Part shown: positions 1 to 9,367 of the stretch, in pieces
Numbering within the stretch: position 1 is the first letter of the stretch
How the letters are laid out: every line of letters begins with the position of its first letter
Assembly (NCBI GenBank): GCA_963663225.1
Contig: OY760142.1
Coordinates: 416,001-480,000 of the forward strand
From: Nitrospirota bacterium
GTDB taxonomy: Bacteria > Nitrospirota > UBA9217
Direction of reading: 5' to 3'
DNA: 64,000 bases
Position numbers and translations under genes: made by a program
The notes under the pieces: generated by a model
Told to the model about the DNA's origin: nothing
Seen by the model: only the letters and a program-made list of their open reading frames with translations
The model's database searches: none

Positions 1-992
1 CTCAGAAATATATTATCTTTGCGTTTTTCTTCAATCAATCGCTCCATCTCGGCGTCGCTTGACGCTCCGACGTTGAAATCGCCGTCCGTGGCCAGGATCA
101 CCCTGTTGTTGCCGCCTTTGATGAAGTTTTCCTTCGCGACCCGGTATGCCAGTTGAATTCCCTCCCCGCCAGCGGTGCTTCCTCCCGCCCCAAGACTGTC
201 AAGGGCCTCCAGTATTCTGAGCTTGTTCTCACCGCTTGTCGAAGGCAGCACGAGACCCGCCCGGCCGGCATAGACGACAATGGCGACTTTGTCCTGGGAC
301 CGCAGCTGTCCCACCAGCATTTTGAAGGACTTTACAAGGAGCGGCAGTTTGTTTTCATCCGCCATGGAACCGGAGACATCGATCAGAAAAACTAGGTTGG
401 CAGGGGGCAGCTTTTCCATCGGAATTCGTACCCCTTGAAGCCCGATCAGCAACAGTTTGTTTCCCGACTTCCAGGGGGAATCGGTCAACTCAGTGGTGAA
501 AGAGAACGGCACATCGCCCGTAGGCTGAGGATAGTGGTAAGTAAAGTAATTGATCAATTCCTCGCTCCGCACGGCGTCTGCCGGAGGAAGCTTTCCGGAA
601 TTTATGAAACGCCGGACATTGGTGTAGGAGGCGGTATCAACATCAATGGAAAATGTGGACAACGGGTTTTTGAGTGTTTCCAAGAATGTATTTTCATTGA
701 CCCTATCGTAACTTTCGGTATTAAACGCGGGTGCGGAAAAGGCTTGATACGGCGCCATGGTTGTCGGCATTGGCATCCGCCGGACCTCCACCATCATCTC
801 TCTTTTTTCGAGCGATTTGGCAACATGGGCCTTTGACGGTGGCTGCGATTCCTGGATATTCAACACCTCTTTCTTGCTGCATCCGGTCTGGAGCAGAAGT
901 ACTGCGGAGAGAGCGCATATAATATTGAGATAATTCTGGAACCGAAGAGAACGTGTCTTTTTTATAATCCATTCCAAAATACAGTTAGTCAT
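1..992 (-). CDS. vWA-domain lipoprotein of the YfbK/DUF3520 type (3' end runs off the window)
   Basis: Not in the ORF track because it is open at the left edge. Manual translation from the ATG at 992 (AAGGAG at 1001-1006) gives a lipobox-like LLLQTGC, then FSIDVDTASY, the MIDAS motif FLIDVSGSM and GGNNRVILATDGDFNVG. Confidence 0.88.
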   Translation of the reverse strand, partial: MTNCILEWIIKKTRSLRFQNYLNIICALSAVLLLQTGCSKKEVLNIQESQPPSKAHVAKSLEKREMMVEVRRMPMPTTMAPYQAFSAPAFNTESYDRVNENTFLETLKNPLSTFSIDVDTASYTNVRRFINSGKLPPADAVRSEELINYFTYHYPQPTGDVPFSFTTELTDSPWKSGNKLLLIGLQGVRIPMEKLPPANLVFLIDVSGSMADENKLPLLVKSFKMLVGQLRSQDKVAIVVYAGRAGLVLPSTSGENKLRILEALDSLGAGGSTAGGEGIQLAYRVAKENFIKGGNNRVILATDGDFNVGASSDAEMERLIEEKRKDNIFL

Positions 993-1285
993 ATTCTTTT
1001 CTCCTTATTATTTTTTTATTTCATTAGACAGGATGGGGTCAAAAAAGTTCCCGAAAATTTATGGTAAATTAGCATTGCATACGACAAACAGCAAGGTAAA
1101 ATTCACCAAAAGCCACACCACGAACGTCGGCGATTTGTCACATAAGCGTTATATATCTTATCGTTCTAATAAGGTAATAACTTTAGCGTTTTGCCGACAA
1201 AGGGGTGCGTTGAGAAAATTAAATCAGTTAGTTTTAGGATTGAAAAACCGGCTGCTTTATGCGATAGTGAAAATGGTCTGAATCA

Positions 1286-1720
1286 ATGCAAGCATTGCTG
1301 CCTGATAGAACGTACATTGCCGAACTTCGGCGCCCTTGGAAGCTTGCCACTTTCGCGCTCGGGATGATGTGGCTTCTATACGGTGCGTTAAACTACGACA
1401 TCTCCGACTGGGATGTCGGCATCAGCGTGTTAATGGGGGTGCTCACATATCTTTGCGCGCCCTGGAGCGTACAGGTCATTCTGTTTTCCCTGCGCCACCG
1501 CCAAAAGCACTGGCTGTTGTGGATTGCGGCCGCGCTAGTGGTTGCCCTGTTCGTCATTGACGGTGTTTATTGCGTGTATCACACAATGGCCGGGAACCAG
1601 ATGCTCCGTCTTGAAAATTTTTGCGCGTCATCCGCCCTTTACTTCCTGGCAGGGACAATCTGGCTCTACCGAGGCTCTCTCAGGGACTTTGTGCGTGAAA
1701 TGAAATACTGCAATAAATAA
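1286..1720 (+). CDS. hypothetical integral membrane protein (about 4 TM)
   Basis: 144 aa ORF with several hydrophobic segments; no family recognised. Confidence 0.65.
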   Translation: MQALLPDRTYIAELRRPWKLATFALGMMWLLYGALNYDISDWDVGISVLMGVLTYLCAPWSVQVILFSLRHRQKHWLLWIAAALVVALFVIDGVYCVYHTMAGNQMLRLENFCASSALYFLAGTIWLYRGSLRDFVREMKYCNK

Positions 1721-1850
1721 TTTTTTAGTAAACCTCATGAGTTAAGGGATTGGAGTCAGTATTGTTCCTTGATCATGAGCCAAATAGCCAGATTATACGA
1801 CAAACTAATTCCATAGCGTATCAGCGATTACAGGAAAAAGGAGATATGAG

Positions 1851-3107
1851 ATGCGAAAGCTTTTTTTAGGCACCTTGTTTCTGGCACTGGCAACAATGGT
1901 ATTGTGTGTAGCATCCAACGGTTATTGCAAAACGGACACAGCTACACCAAAGCTCATCAAAAAATCCGACAAGGGGAAACTATATGCCCTTAACGGCGTA
2001 AAAATGCTGGTTTTGTCCGGCACGTTTAACGAGATGGGCCGCCAGTATGGTGCATTGCTCGGCAGCGAAATCTCCGGGCTTTATGAAACGGCAATCGAGA
2101 AATCCTTTATTAAAAACGGACTGTTTTCACAAGAAGAACTTTACGGGTTTGCGGCAAGCATTTTTAAGACCCTGCCCATGAGACAGAAGGAACTTATCCG
2201 GGGGATATCATCAGCAAGCGGTCTCAAGCAGGAAAAAGTCATTTTGGCCGCAAATATAGTTACGGTTCAGATATTAGCGCGCAAAAAGTTCGGCGGCAAC
2301 ACAAACGCCTGCACCTCACTTGCGGTCTGGGGAAAATATACTGATGATGAGAAGACCTTGACGGCAAGAAACTACGATTTCCCACACATTTTTCGTGAAA
2401 TGGCAAAAGAGTATGCGGTAATTATCGTCTTTAAACCATCTGACGGATCAAATGCGGTTGCCGGGATCGGCTTTGCAGGAACCATTTCTTTTATCGACGC
2501 GCTGAATGACAAAGGAATTTATATTGAGGCCAACAACGCGGCGGATTCGGCCGGATTGGTCATGTTTAACGCGAGAACGGAAGCGACGACACAGGTTGTG
2601 AATATTCTTTTTGACGCAACCGACAGTGAGGAATTCAACAGCTTGATGAACAGCACCCGATTCAGCTACTCTGCCATTCTTATGGCGGCTGACAGCAGCA
2701 CGGCGCGGTATTACGAGATCGCCAGTTGGGATATTCACAAAAGAGATTCCGCGGGCGTCCCGATAATCGCCGCCGGGAACCAGTTTAACGACCCGGCATG
2801 GGGCATTCTGTCGCTGCCGAGTCCTGCAGCATGGTATTCCTCTTTAAGGGAAAGCAATCTTATAAATCTGGCGAAAAACCGGCATGCCGCTGTTGACGCA
2901 AAACACATGATGTCCATACTGGACGCACCGTTTTATAACGAAGATGGAACTGTCGGCAAAGGTGTATCTGTTTTAAAGAAAAACCCCAAGGATGATGAGG
3001 TCACGGTCTGGCAGGTTGTTACGCATCCGGCAAGTCTGGAGATGTGGGTACGGTTTCCTATGCTGAGCGACTGGATCTTTATTGATCTAAAAAAATGGTT
3101 TCATTAA
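1851..3107 (+). CDS. secreted C45-family Ntn-hydrolase (acyl-CoA:6-APA acyltransferase-like peptidase)
   Basis: Signal peptide; GTFNEMGRQYG; autoprocessing Cys in ACTSLAVWG; ARNYDF; LNDKGI; strong AGGAG RBS. Confidence 0.8.
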   Translation: MRKLFLGTLFLALATMVLCVASNGYCKTDTATPKLIKKSDKGKLYALNGVKMLVLSGTFNEMGRQYGALLGSEISGLYETAIEKSFIKNGLFSQEELYGFAASIFKTLPMRQKELIRGISSASGLKQEKVILAANIVTVQILARKKFGGNTNACTSLAVWGKYTDDEKTLTARNYDFPHIFREMAKEYAVIIVFKPSDGSNAVAGIGFAGTISFIDALNDKGIYIEANNAADSAGLVMFNARTEATTQVVNILFDATDSEEFNSLMNSTRFSYSAILMAADSSTARYYEIASWDIHKRDSAGVPIIAAGNQFNDPAWGILSLPSPAAWYSSLRESNLINLAKNRHAAVDAKHMMSILDAPFYNEDGTVGKGVSVLKKNPKDDEVTVWQVVTHPASLEMWVRFPMLSDWIFIDLKKWFH

Positions 3108-3140
3108 ATATCATTAATTGAATAATTGAGGTGATGCCGC

Positions 3141-3482
3141 ATGGAAATCAAGGAACTTTACAAAGCCCTTCTTTCAAAACAAACTTGGGTGCGCGTCGAT
3201 GAGCTGATGTCGTCCTGGGGAAAAAGCAGGAAAAAGAAGGATACGGGGAAAAATAAGAATAAAAAGAAGAAAGTTGTGCCGCCGAAGATCGAAGCGTCAC
3301 CCAAGGAAGACAAATTGCCCAAAACCATTGCTTTTATCTTGGCAGCATGTATTCTTCTGTCGGGCCTGCTGTTTTTTGTAAGCGTGTTTCCACTTGCGGT
3401 CAGAATTGCATTGCTTGTCCTGTTTGTTGTATTCATTTTTTTACCGAGCGGCATGGTCCATATTTTACAAAACCGCGAGTAA
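3141..3482 (+). CDS. hypothetical protein, Lys-rich N-terminus and 2 C-terminal TM helices
   Basis: GAGGTG RBS; follows the C45 gene; hydrophobic C-terminus. Confidence 0.55.
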   Translation: MEIKELYKALLSKQTWVRVDELMSSWGKSRKKKDTGKNKNKKKKVVPPKIEASPKEDKLPKTIAFILAACILLSGLLFFVSVFPLAVRIALLVLFVVFIFLPSGMVHILQNRE

Positions 3483-3549
3483 GGTAACTGTTCAGACAAT
3501 TTGTAATTTTCATTGGAATCAGCCTGTTTGCAATTCTGCATACCATGGT

Positions 3550-4308
3550 TCACAGGAATATGCCGCCGGATGCTTCAATGCGCTGCCCGTTTACCCACCG
3601 GCACTCGTCGGACAGCAGCAATGCGATCATATCACCGATATCGTCCGGGAGCCCGACCCGGCCGAGTGCGGTCTGTGAGGCGATGAAAGCATTGATTTCC
3701 GGATTATCACGCACTGCGCCACCGCCAAAATCGGTCTCAATGGCGCCGGGAGCCAGTACATTCACCGCAATGTGTCGAGGAGCAAGCTCCTTAGCAAGGT
3801 ATCTGGTCAGGACCTCAACCCCACCCTTCATAGTCGCATAAGCCGAATAACCAGGGAACGAGAAGCGTGCAAGCCCTGACGAAATATTGAGGATGCGGCC
3901 GCCATCCGATATCAAAGGCAGCAGTCTCTGGGTCAGGAAGTACACTCCTTTCAGGTGTACATTCATGAGTTCATCAAACTGCGCTTCAGTTGTTTTCGCA
4001 AATTCAGCATGAACGCCCATGCCTGCGTTGTTCAGAAGAAAATTGAATTGTTTGCGCTTCCACCTGCTTTCCAGCAATTCTTTTACCGTTTCGGCAAAAG
4101 TGGAAAAGCTGGAGACCTGGCCCGAATCCAGCTGCAGAGCAACTGCCTGGGCGCCTGATTTCCTGGCGCGGGAAACTACAGCGTCGGCGGCCCCGGCGTC
4201 TTTTTTATAGGTCAGGATCACATCCACTCCTTTGGCCGCAAGCTTCAGAGCAGCATTTGCACCGAGTCCTCTGCTTCCTCCGGTAATAACCGCAATCTTT
4301 TTTTCCAT
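3550..4308 (-). CDS. SDR-family NAD(P)-dependent oxidoreductase
   Basis: TGGSRGLG, NNAG and YATMK (YxxxK) motifs; start moved to MEKK after a GGAG RBS. Confidence 0.93.
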   Translation of the reverse strand: MEKKIAVITGGSRGLGANAALKLAAKGVDVILTYKKDAGAADAVVSRARKSGAQAVALQLDSGQVSSFSTFAETVKELLESRWKRKQFNFLLNNAGMGVHAEFAKTTEAQFDELMNVHLKGVYFLTQRLLPLISDGGRILNISSGLARFSFPGYSAYATMKGGVEVLTRYLAKELAPRHIAVNVLAPGAIETDFGGGAVRDNPEINAFIASQTALGRVGLPDDIGDMIALLLSDECRWVNGQRIEASGGIFL

Positions 4309-4379
4309 GTTCGCAACTCCCTTTTTGACAGTCACACCTGCTTTTACACCGGCTGCCGGCTTACGCTCTCGAACCAGAG

Positions 4380-4886
4380 CTACTCAGTTCCGGTTTTTTT
4401 AAACAATTCCGGATACAACTGTTTTTTACACTCATCGCAAATACCATGAGAAAAGCGTGCATCTGAATGTTCGGAAATGAAAGTCTCCATCTGTTGCCAT
4501 CGGCCGTCCAGATTGCGCACCTTTTTGCAAGCGCTGCATGTAGGCAGGATTCCTCTGAGCACCTTGACCTCGCGAGTCAATGATGCAACATGATTCACCA
4601 TGTAGGCAATGCCGATAAGAACACCTATTCTGATGACGGCATTGACGAGGATTATAGAAAAATCAATAGTAGGTTCCCATAAAAAATATCGTTCTATTAT
4701 TCGTCCGGCTGGCAGCAGAAAGGCGAGTATGATCCCCCATTTTATTCCGCTATACCACGAAGATAGGATAACAGGAACAACGAAGACTATAGGAAATTCA
4801 ATGTCGGGTCCTGTTGCATAGTCAGCAACCAGAACAATGATACTGAGAACTATCCAGTATAAGGGATAGAGCCGTTTATTTTTCAA
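4380..4886 (-). CDS. membrane protein with C-terminal Cys-rich (CxxC...HGICxxC) putative Zn-binding signalling domain
   Basis: 3-4 TM segments followed by LRGILPTCSACKKVR...FSHGICDEC, a C-terminal domain common in deltaproteobacterial signalling proteins. Confidence 0.75.
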   Translation of the reverse strand: MKNKRLYPLYWIVLSIIVLVADYATGPDIEFPIVFVVPVILSSWYSGIKWGIILAFLLPAGRIIERYFLWEPTIDFSIILVNAVIRIGVLIGIAYMVNHVASLTREVKVLRGILPTCSACKKVRNLDGRWQQMETFISEHSDARFSHGICDECKKQLYPELFKKTGTE

Positions 4887-5086
4887 GAAGAGAGGCCTCC
4901 TGAATGATAGGTATCATCAATATTACATCAAGTATAGCACCTTGATGCACGCTTTGGGCTTCAGGGCATTTATACCGGTTAATTCTGCCAAGGCCATAGA
5001 TACGGCCAGGTGAAACAGACGTTATTTTCTGAATATAGATGCTATTACAAAGTTCCGCGCGCTTCGTGGGGTTTTTTCCGAGAGGG

Positions 5087-5434
5087 TTAGATTCGGGTTT
5101 CGACATATTCTTTCAGTGCCGAGGCGTTATTAAAGCGGTCATCCTTGGCCCCGAACAGCAGCGTCACGGTGCCTTTTCGCGCATCGTTTGCAATCCTGTT
5201 CAGCAAGTCTTGCTTACCTTCCAGCTCTAAAAAAAACCGTCTCTTGAATTCACTCCATTTTTTTGGATCATGGCTGAACCACGTTCTGAGCTCATTGCTT
5301 GGCGCAATATTTTTCATCCACTCATCGATTTTTACATTCTCCTTTTTGAGTCCTCTCGGCCACAACCGGTCAATGAGTATTCGTTCGCCATCGGCTTTTG
5401 ACCACGGTTCATACACGCGTTTGATCTTCAACAT
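5087..5434 (-). CDS. DUF488 (YeaO-like) protein
   Basis: IKRVYE, RILIDRLWPRG, IAPSNELRTWFSHDP; GGAGG RBS before MLKIK. Confidence 0.92.
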   Translation of the reverse strand: MLKIKRVYEPWSKADGERILIDRLWPRGLKKENVKIDEWMKNIAPSNELRTWFSHDPKKWSEFKRRFFLELEGKQDLLNRIANDARKGTVTLLFGAKDDRFNNASALKEYVETRI

Positions 5435-5655
5435 AACCGCCTCCTCCGGCCACATATGTTTTTTAATACGAACTACCGGGATGAGATTCCGCCAGAACAA
5501 ACAAATGCTATGTACTCATTATAAGACAAAATGAATTATTAAGCGTATGTTCGCTTTTTTATGGATCGACTAAAGTATGATGAAGAAAAACATATAAAGC
5601 GCTTATCAGAAAAACTTGGTTTTACCAGTCCCCTACAATACATCCCATCACCATG

Positions 5656-6255
5656 CTACGCTTCCCGGGTCCCGTACTTGATCGACCCCTTTCCTTCGAT
5701 GGAATAGATAAAACGCTCGACTGCGTTCAGCAGTTCATCATAGGCAGAGATCATATGAAAAGACTCCTGTATCTTTTCACGGATATGAAGCATGATAACA
5801 TCGGTTTTGATGCTGCGGATGCTTTTTCTCGTCATTACTTCCTTTTCTTCTCTTGTTGAAGCAGCGTAGCGGTTTCCATTCTCTCTCCGGTAAAAATACA
5901 AATACACCAGTACCCACAACTGGGTCATATCGTAAAAGAACTCGAGAAATGGATGGTAGCTGTATTGCTCTCTGATTTTTGCCTCCACTTCTTTCGTTTT
6001 GTCCGGTATGGAAGGAAACACTTTGATCAATATCCCTTCTTCAAAATCTTCATAGAAGAAAGGTGTATCCGCCAACCCCTGATGTCCGCAGTGCGGGCAC
6101 CGGACAACGTTGAATTCCCAACGAAATATTCTTTCCCTCACTTCAGGTGATTTTGAAACATCCACCCATGTGGCAACCCGTGCCTCATATTTTTTTCTGC
6201 AATATTTGCAAATGAATGTGTTCATCTTATATTCATTAAATGCATGTGCTGACAT
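5656..6255 (-). CDS. CpXC-domain (Zn-ribbon) protein
   Basis: CKYC...PEVRERIF...FNVVRCPHCG...PFFYED pattern; GAGGGG RBS. Confidence 0.75.
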   Translation of the reverse strand: MSAHAFNEYKMNTFICKYCRKKYEARVATWVDVSKSPEVRERIFRWEFNVVRCPHCGHQGLADTPFFYEDFEEGILIKVFPSIPDKTKEVEAKIREQYSYHPFLEFFYDMTQLWVLVYLYFYRRENGNRYAASTREEKEVMTRKSIRSIKTDVIMLHIREKIQESFHMISAYDELLNAVERFIYSIEGKGSIKYGTREA

Positions 6256-6488
6256 GTGCGACCCCTCGATCCTCAGGCATTTAAAAGCCGGAATTTTAAC
6301 GTCTCAAACAGACATAATAGGTCTCTCGCGCGCAGATATACAGTAAGCGCGTCACAGTTCATATTTCTGCGACGTGGTATAAATCTCTCAGACTTATTGC
6401 GTGCGGAACCATGCAGCGCTTCGGAATCAATGCGCTGTTCGGCTAAAGTATGCGCCGTAGTGTTGGTGGAGATAGTTTGGTGAGATGG

Positions 6489-6737
6489 CTATGCCGGCGG
6501 GGCACGGGGCGCTGCAGATGCGGGGAGCGCTATCGGCAGCTTGCAGAGGCCTTCAAGCGAAGCGGACATCCTGAGCCCAAGCTGCAGGGCCTCGAAATCA
6601 TGCGTCGCATTTATAATGGCGATGAACTGGTCAAACGCATCATAGAGGTTGCCTTTTTTCAATGTCGCATCGGTCACAGGTACAAATGCGACAACGAAAC
6701 ATATGGCAATAAAAATTGTTGTAAGTCTTTTTATCAT
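6489..6737 (-). CDS. small exported peptide ending in RAPPA; candidate ribosome-arrest leader peptide
   Basis: Signal-peptide-like N-terminus MIKRLTTIFIAICFVVAFVPVTDA; C-terminus SAAPRAPPA then stop. Confidence 0.6.
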   Translation of the reverse strand: MIKRLTTIFIAICFVVAFVPVTDATLKKGNLYDAFDQFIAIINATHDFEALQLGLRMSASLEGLCKLPIALPASAAPRAPPA

Positions 6738-7065
6738 ACTATCTCTTGCCGGCAATGCTGACCGAGCGTTCATTTATAGTAATACTGCGCGCAGGGATAT
6801 TACAAGCCTTTTTTAGACACGCTGATAATCAATAGGTTTAATTTTTTGTTTCGTACGCATCGCCATCCGGGAAATTTCCAACTCATTTTTTGCATAATTT
6901 AATCTTAATTTCACATATTTGTAACATTCCAGGTTAATAATGTTATCTATTTAAATTGAAACACTCTGAAAGGTCTCTCCAAATTAGACAATTTTTTAAC
7001 TCCTCATGAGCATCCTGTTCTTTATACTAGCAATGAGAACCAACGAAAACGAAAGGACAATCGTT

Positions 7066-7650
7066 ATGAGGTCATGGCTTTATATCGTTTTTTTACTCTG
7101 CTGCCTGTTCTTGAGTCCGGCAATTGCGGAAGAAGCCTCGCCGGATTTGAACAGAATTTTAACGCTCGACGTGATAATCGAACCAGTCAAGACTACGGAC
7201 AATGTGCCCGGGGTGAAGGCAAGCTTTTGCGTAAAATCCACGCCTGAGCGCATCTGGTCGGTGCTTACGGGTTATAACGATTTTCCCCGAATCTATACAG
7301 GGTTAAAAAAAGCAAGTGTCCTCACGAGCAGCAAGATCGGAGCCGAGGTAAGGTACTTATATTCGATTAATTTTTTGGGAATATTCAATAAAGAATTGAA
7401 TGTTGTATTAAGCGACCAATATTCATCATCTCACCGACGAATATCATGGGAGCGCGTATCAGGCGATCTGGAACGACTTGAAGGAAGCTGGGAAATTGTT
7501 GATACCCAGAAAAGCGGAACATATCTTCTCGTGTACCGCTCCTACGTCAAGGCGCCATGGTACGTCCCTGAAAATTTGGTTCGCTCCAGAATAATGAATG
7601 CGATTAAAGAAATGGCTCGCTCTATTCGCACTTGGGTAGAAAGAAGCTGA
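7066..7650 (+). CDS. secreted SRPBCC/START-like (polyketide cyclase/dehydrase family) protein
   Basis: Signal peptide; PERIWSVLTGYNDFPRI and ISWERVSGDLERLEGSWEI motifs. Confidence 0.8.
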   Translation: MRSWLYIVFLLCCLFLSPAIAEEASPDLNRILTLDVIIEPVKTTDNVPGVKASFCVKSTPERIWSVLTGYNDFPRIYTGLKKASVLTSSKIGAEVRYLYSINFLGIFNKELNVVLSDQYSSSHRRISWERVSGDLERLEGSWEIVDTQKSGTYLLVYRSYVKAPWYVPENLVRSRIMNAIKEMARSIRTWVERS

Positions 7651-8039
7651 AGTATACGTCTGTATATCCACAAACTATCCTTTTTCAACGTAACGACATT
7701 TTCCGATATCGAAACCCGACCAAAAAGCAAGTTCTGAAATCAGACTTTCCGGGACAATAATTAAGGGGGCAGGCACTTTATCCCTTTCCAATACACAGCG
7801 CAAATCCACATTTCTGGTCATTTTGGAGTAAAAAATGCCAGTATATTCATCAAAATTATTACATTTCTGCTATTATACTCATTATAATGCTTTGGTATTA
7901 TCATAATATTGCCAACTTGAGCATGAATTGAAATATAACATATTGAAAATATTATATTTTTATTCCGATATTTCAAACAAATGCCATTATCATTCCTTGA
8001 AAAACGAGATTGTCAGATTTTTTGTAAGAGAATTCAGAC

Positions 8040-8906
8040 ATGAGTACATCACCAGCAAAAAAAAGATTAAGTTTTCTGAGCAAGCATATAGCCCTTAAAA
8101 CAATTGAAGATTTCATGTTTTTTGAGTTTGACGGGAAACTGCTTGCACAGTTGGATCAGAAAAAAAATTTCATCCTCAGACACGAATTTCAAGAAATTAT
8201 CTGGCTGAAACAAGGGACAGCGAAATGCTATTTAGATGGGGAACGCACGACCATTTCTTCCAAGTCTCTAATCATTATTCCAAAAGGGAGAGTTCACCGG
8301 TTTATTGCGTCGCATGACTCCAAAGGTTTTGTCATCCGGTTCAACGACGAATTTCTGCCGAAGTCATCATACATGCTTTTCAGCCAATTGGGCTGGAAAT
8401 CAAATATTCTATTGCCGACTGAAGAATCGTCCATCCTCACTACTTACTTCACTCTTATAGAACATGAGTCGCGGCAAACAAGAGCTATTAATAAAACGAC
8501 TCTCGTATATCTGCTCCAAACGCTTATTGCTAAAATTGAAGATCTGTGGCCATATCCCGTGGTTCGAATACCGAAAGTACGCTCTCAATCGCAAGAACTC
8601 TGGAATCGGTTTAATATTCTTATTGAACGTGAATTTAAGAATCAGCATTCAGTAAGCTACTTTACAAAAGAATTAGGGATTTCCCGGCAAAAGTTGAATT
8701 CCGTGCTGAAGCATATGACAGGCATGACAGCGGCGAACATAATTGACAACCGTCTCATTCTGCAGGCCAAAAGACTTATTATTTTTTCAAACTTAACAAT
8801 TAAAGAAATCGCATTTGACCTCGGTTTCGAAGAACATTCCTATTTTACTAAGGTCTTCAAAAAAATAACCGGCTATACACCCTCCGAATACAAAAAAATA
8901 ATCTAA
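8040..8906 (+). CDS. AraC-family transcriptional regulator
   Basis: N-terminal cupin (RHEFQEIIW); C-terminal IKEIAFDLGFEEHSYFTKVFKKITGYTPSEY. Confidence 0.95.
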   Translation: MSTSPAKKRLSFLSKHIALKTIEDFMFFEFDGKLLAQLDQKKNFILRHEFQEIIWLKQGTAKCYLDGERTTISSKSLIIIPKGRVHRFIASHDSKGFVIRFNDEFLPKSSYMLFSQLGWKSNILLPTEESSILTTYFTLIEHESRQTRAINKTTLVYLLQTLIAKIEDLWPYPVVRIPKVRSQSQELWNRFNILIEREFKNQHSVSYFTKELGISRQKLNSVLKHMTGMTAANIIDNRLILQAKRLIIFSNLTIKEIAFDLGFEEHSYFTKVFKKITGYTPSEYKKII

Positions 8907-9147
8907 ACCAAAACTACCAGCATTTTCTCAAAAAATATTATCATACTTATATTAAACGGGTATAAAGTAGCAATTATTGCAAGGAAGCCAAGAGCTTAGC
9001 TTCCTGTTGAGATAACTTGCACAATGCAACACCGGGTTGCACACAGCACTCTGTACTACTATGAACAAAATAAATAAAACGCTATTTCAACCAGTTTTCT
9101 AAAATATTGAAAATAATTTCGATACCAATATTAGAAAGCAGTTTAAT

Positions 9148-9182
9148 AAAAGGCTCTCCTGAGGGAGAGCCTTTTTCTTTTT
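9148..9182 (+). terminator. intrinsic terminator (possibly bidirectional)
   Basis: AAAAGGCTCTCC-TGAG-GGAGAGCCTTTT hairpin followed by a T-rich run. Confidence 0.8.
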
Positions 9183-9367
9183 GACCCATAATGCGAACAC
9201 CAATTCAAAGGAACCTGGTGTGCAGTTCGCTTTTCCGGATATCAATAAAATATGCGCATTTATTCCAGCAGTTAAACATATGCACTGTGGTTTAAAAAAC
9301 AGATAGTGGGCATTCTTTAACCAACACCTGCGAAAGTTGTTTCTTAGTAAACCGTAAAGGAGATGCC

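Noticed and set aside
721-972. 83-aa ORF starting MDYKKD (FLAG-like)
   Set aside because: Alternate frame inside the vWA lipoprotein gene; coincidental.
1721-1850. Integron attC site after the small membrane gene
   Set aside because: No convincing RYYYAAC/GTTRRRY-bounded palindrome and no integrase.
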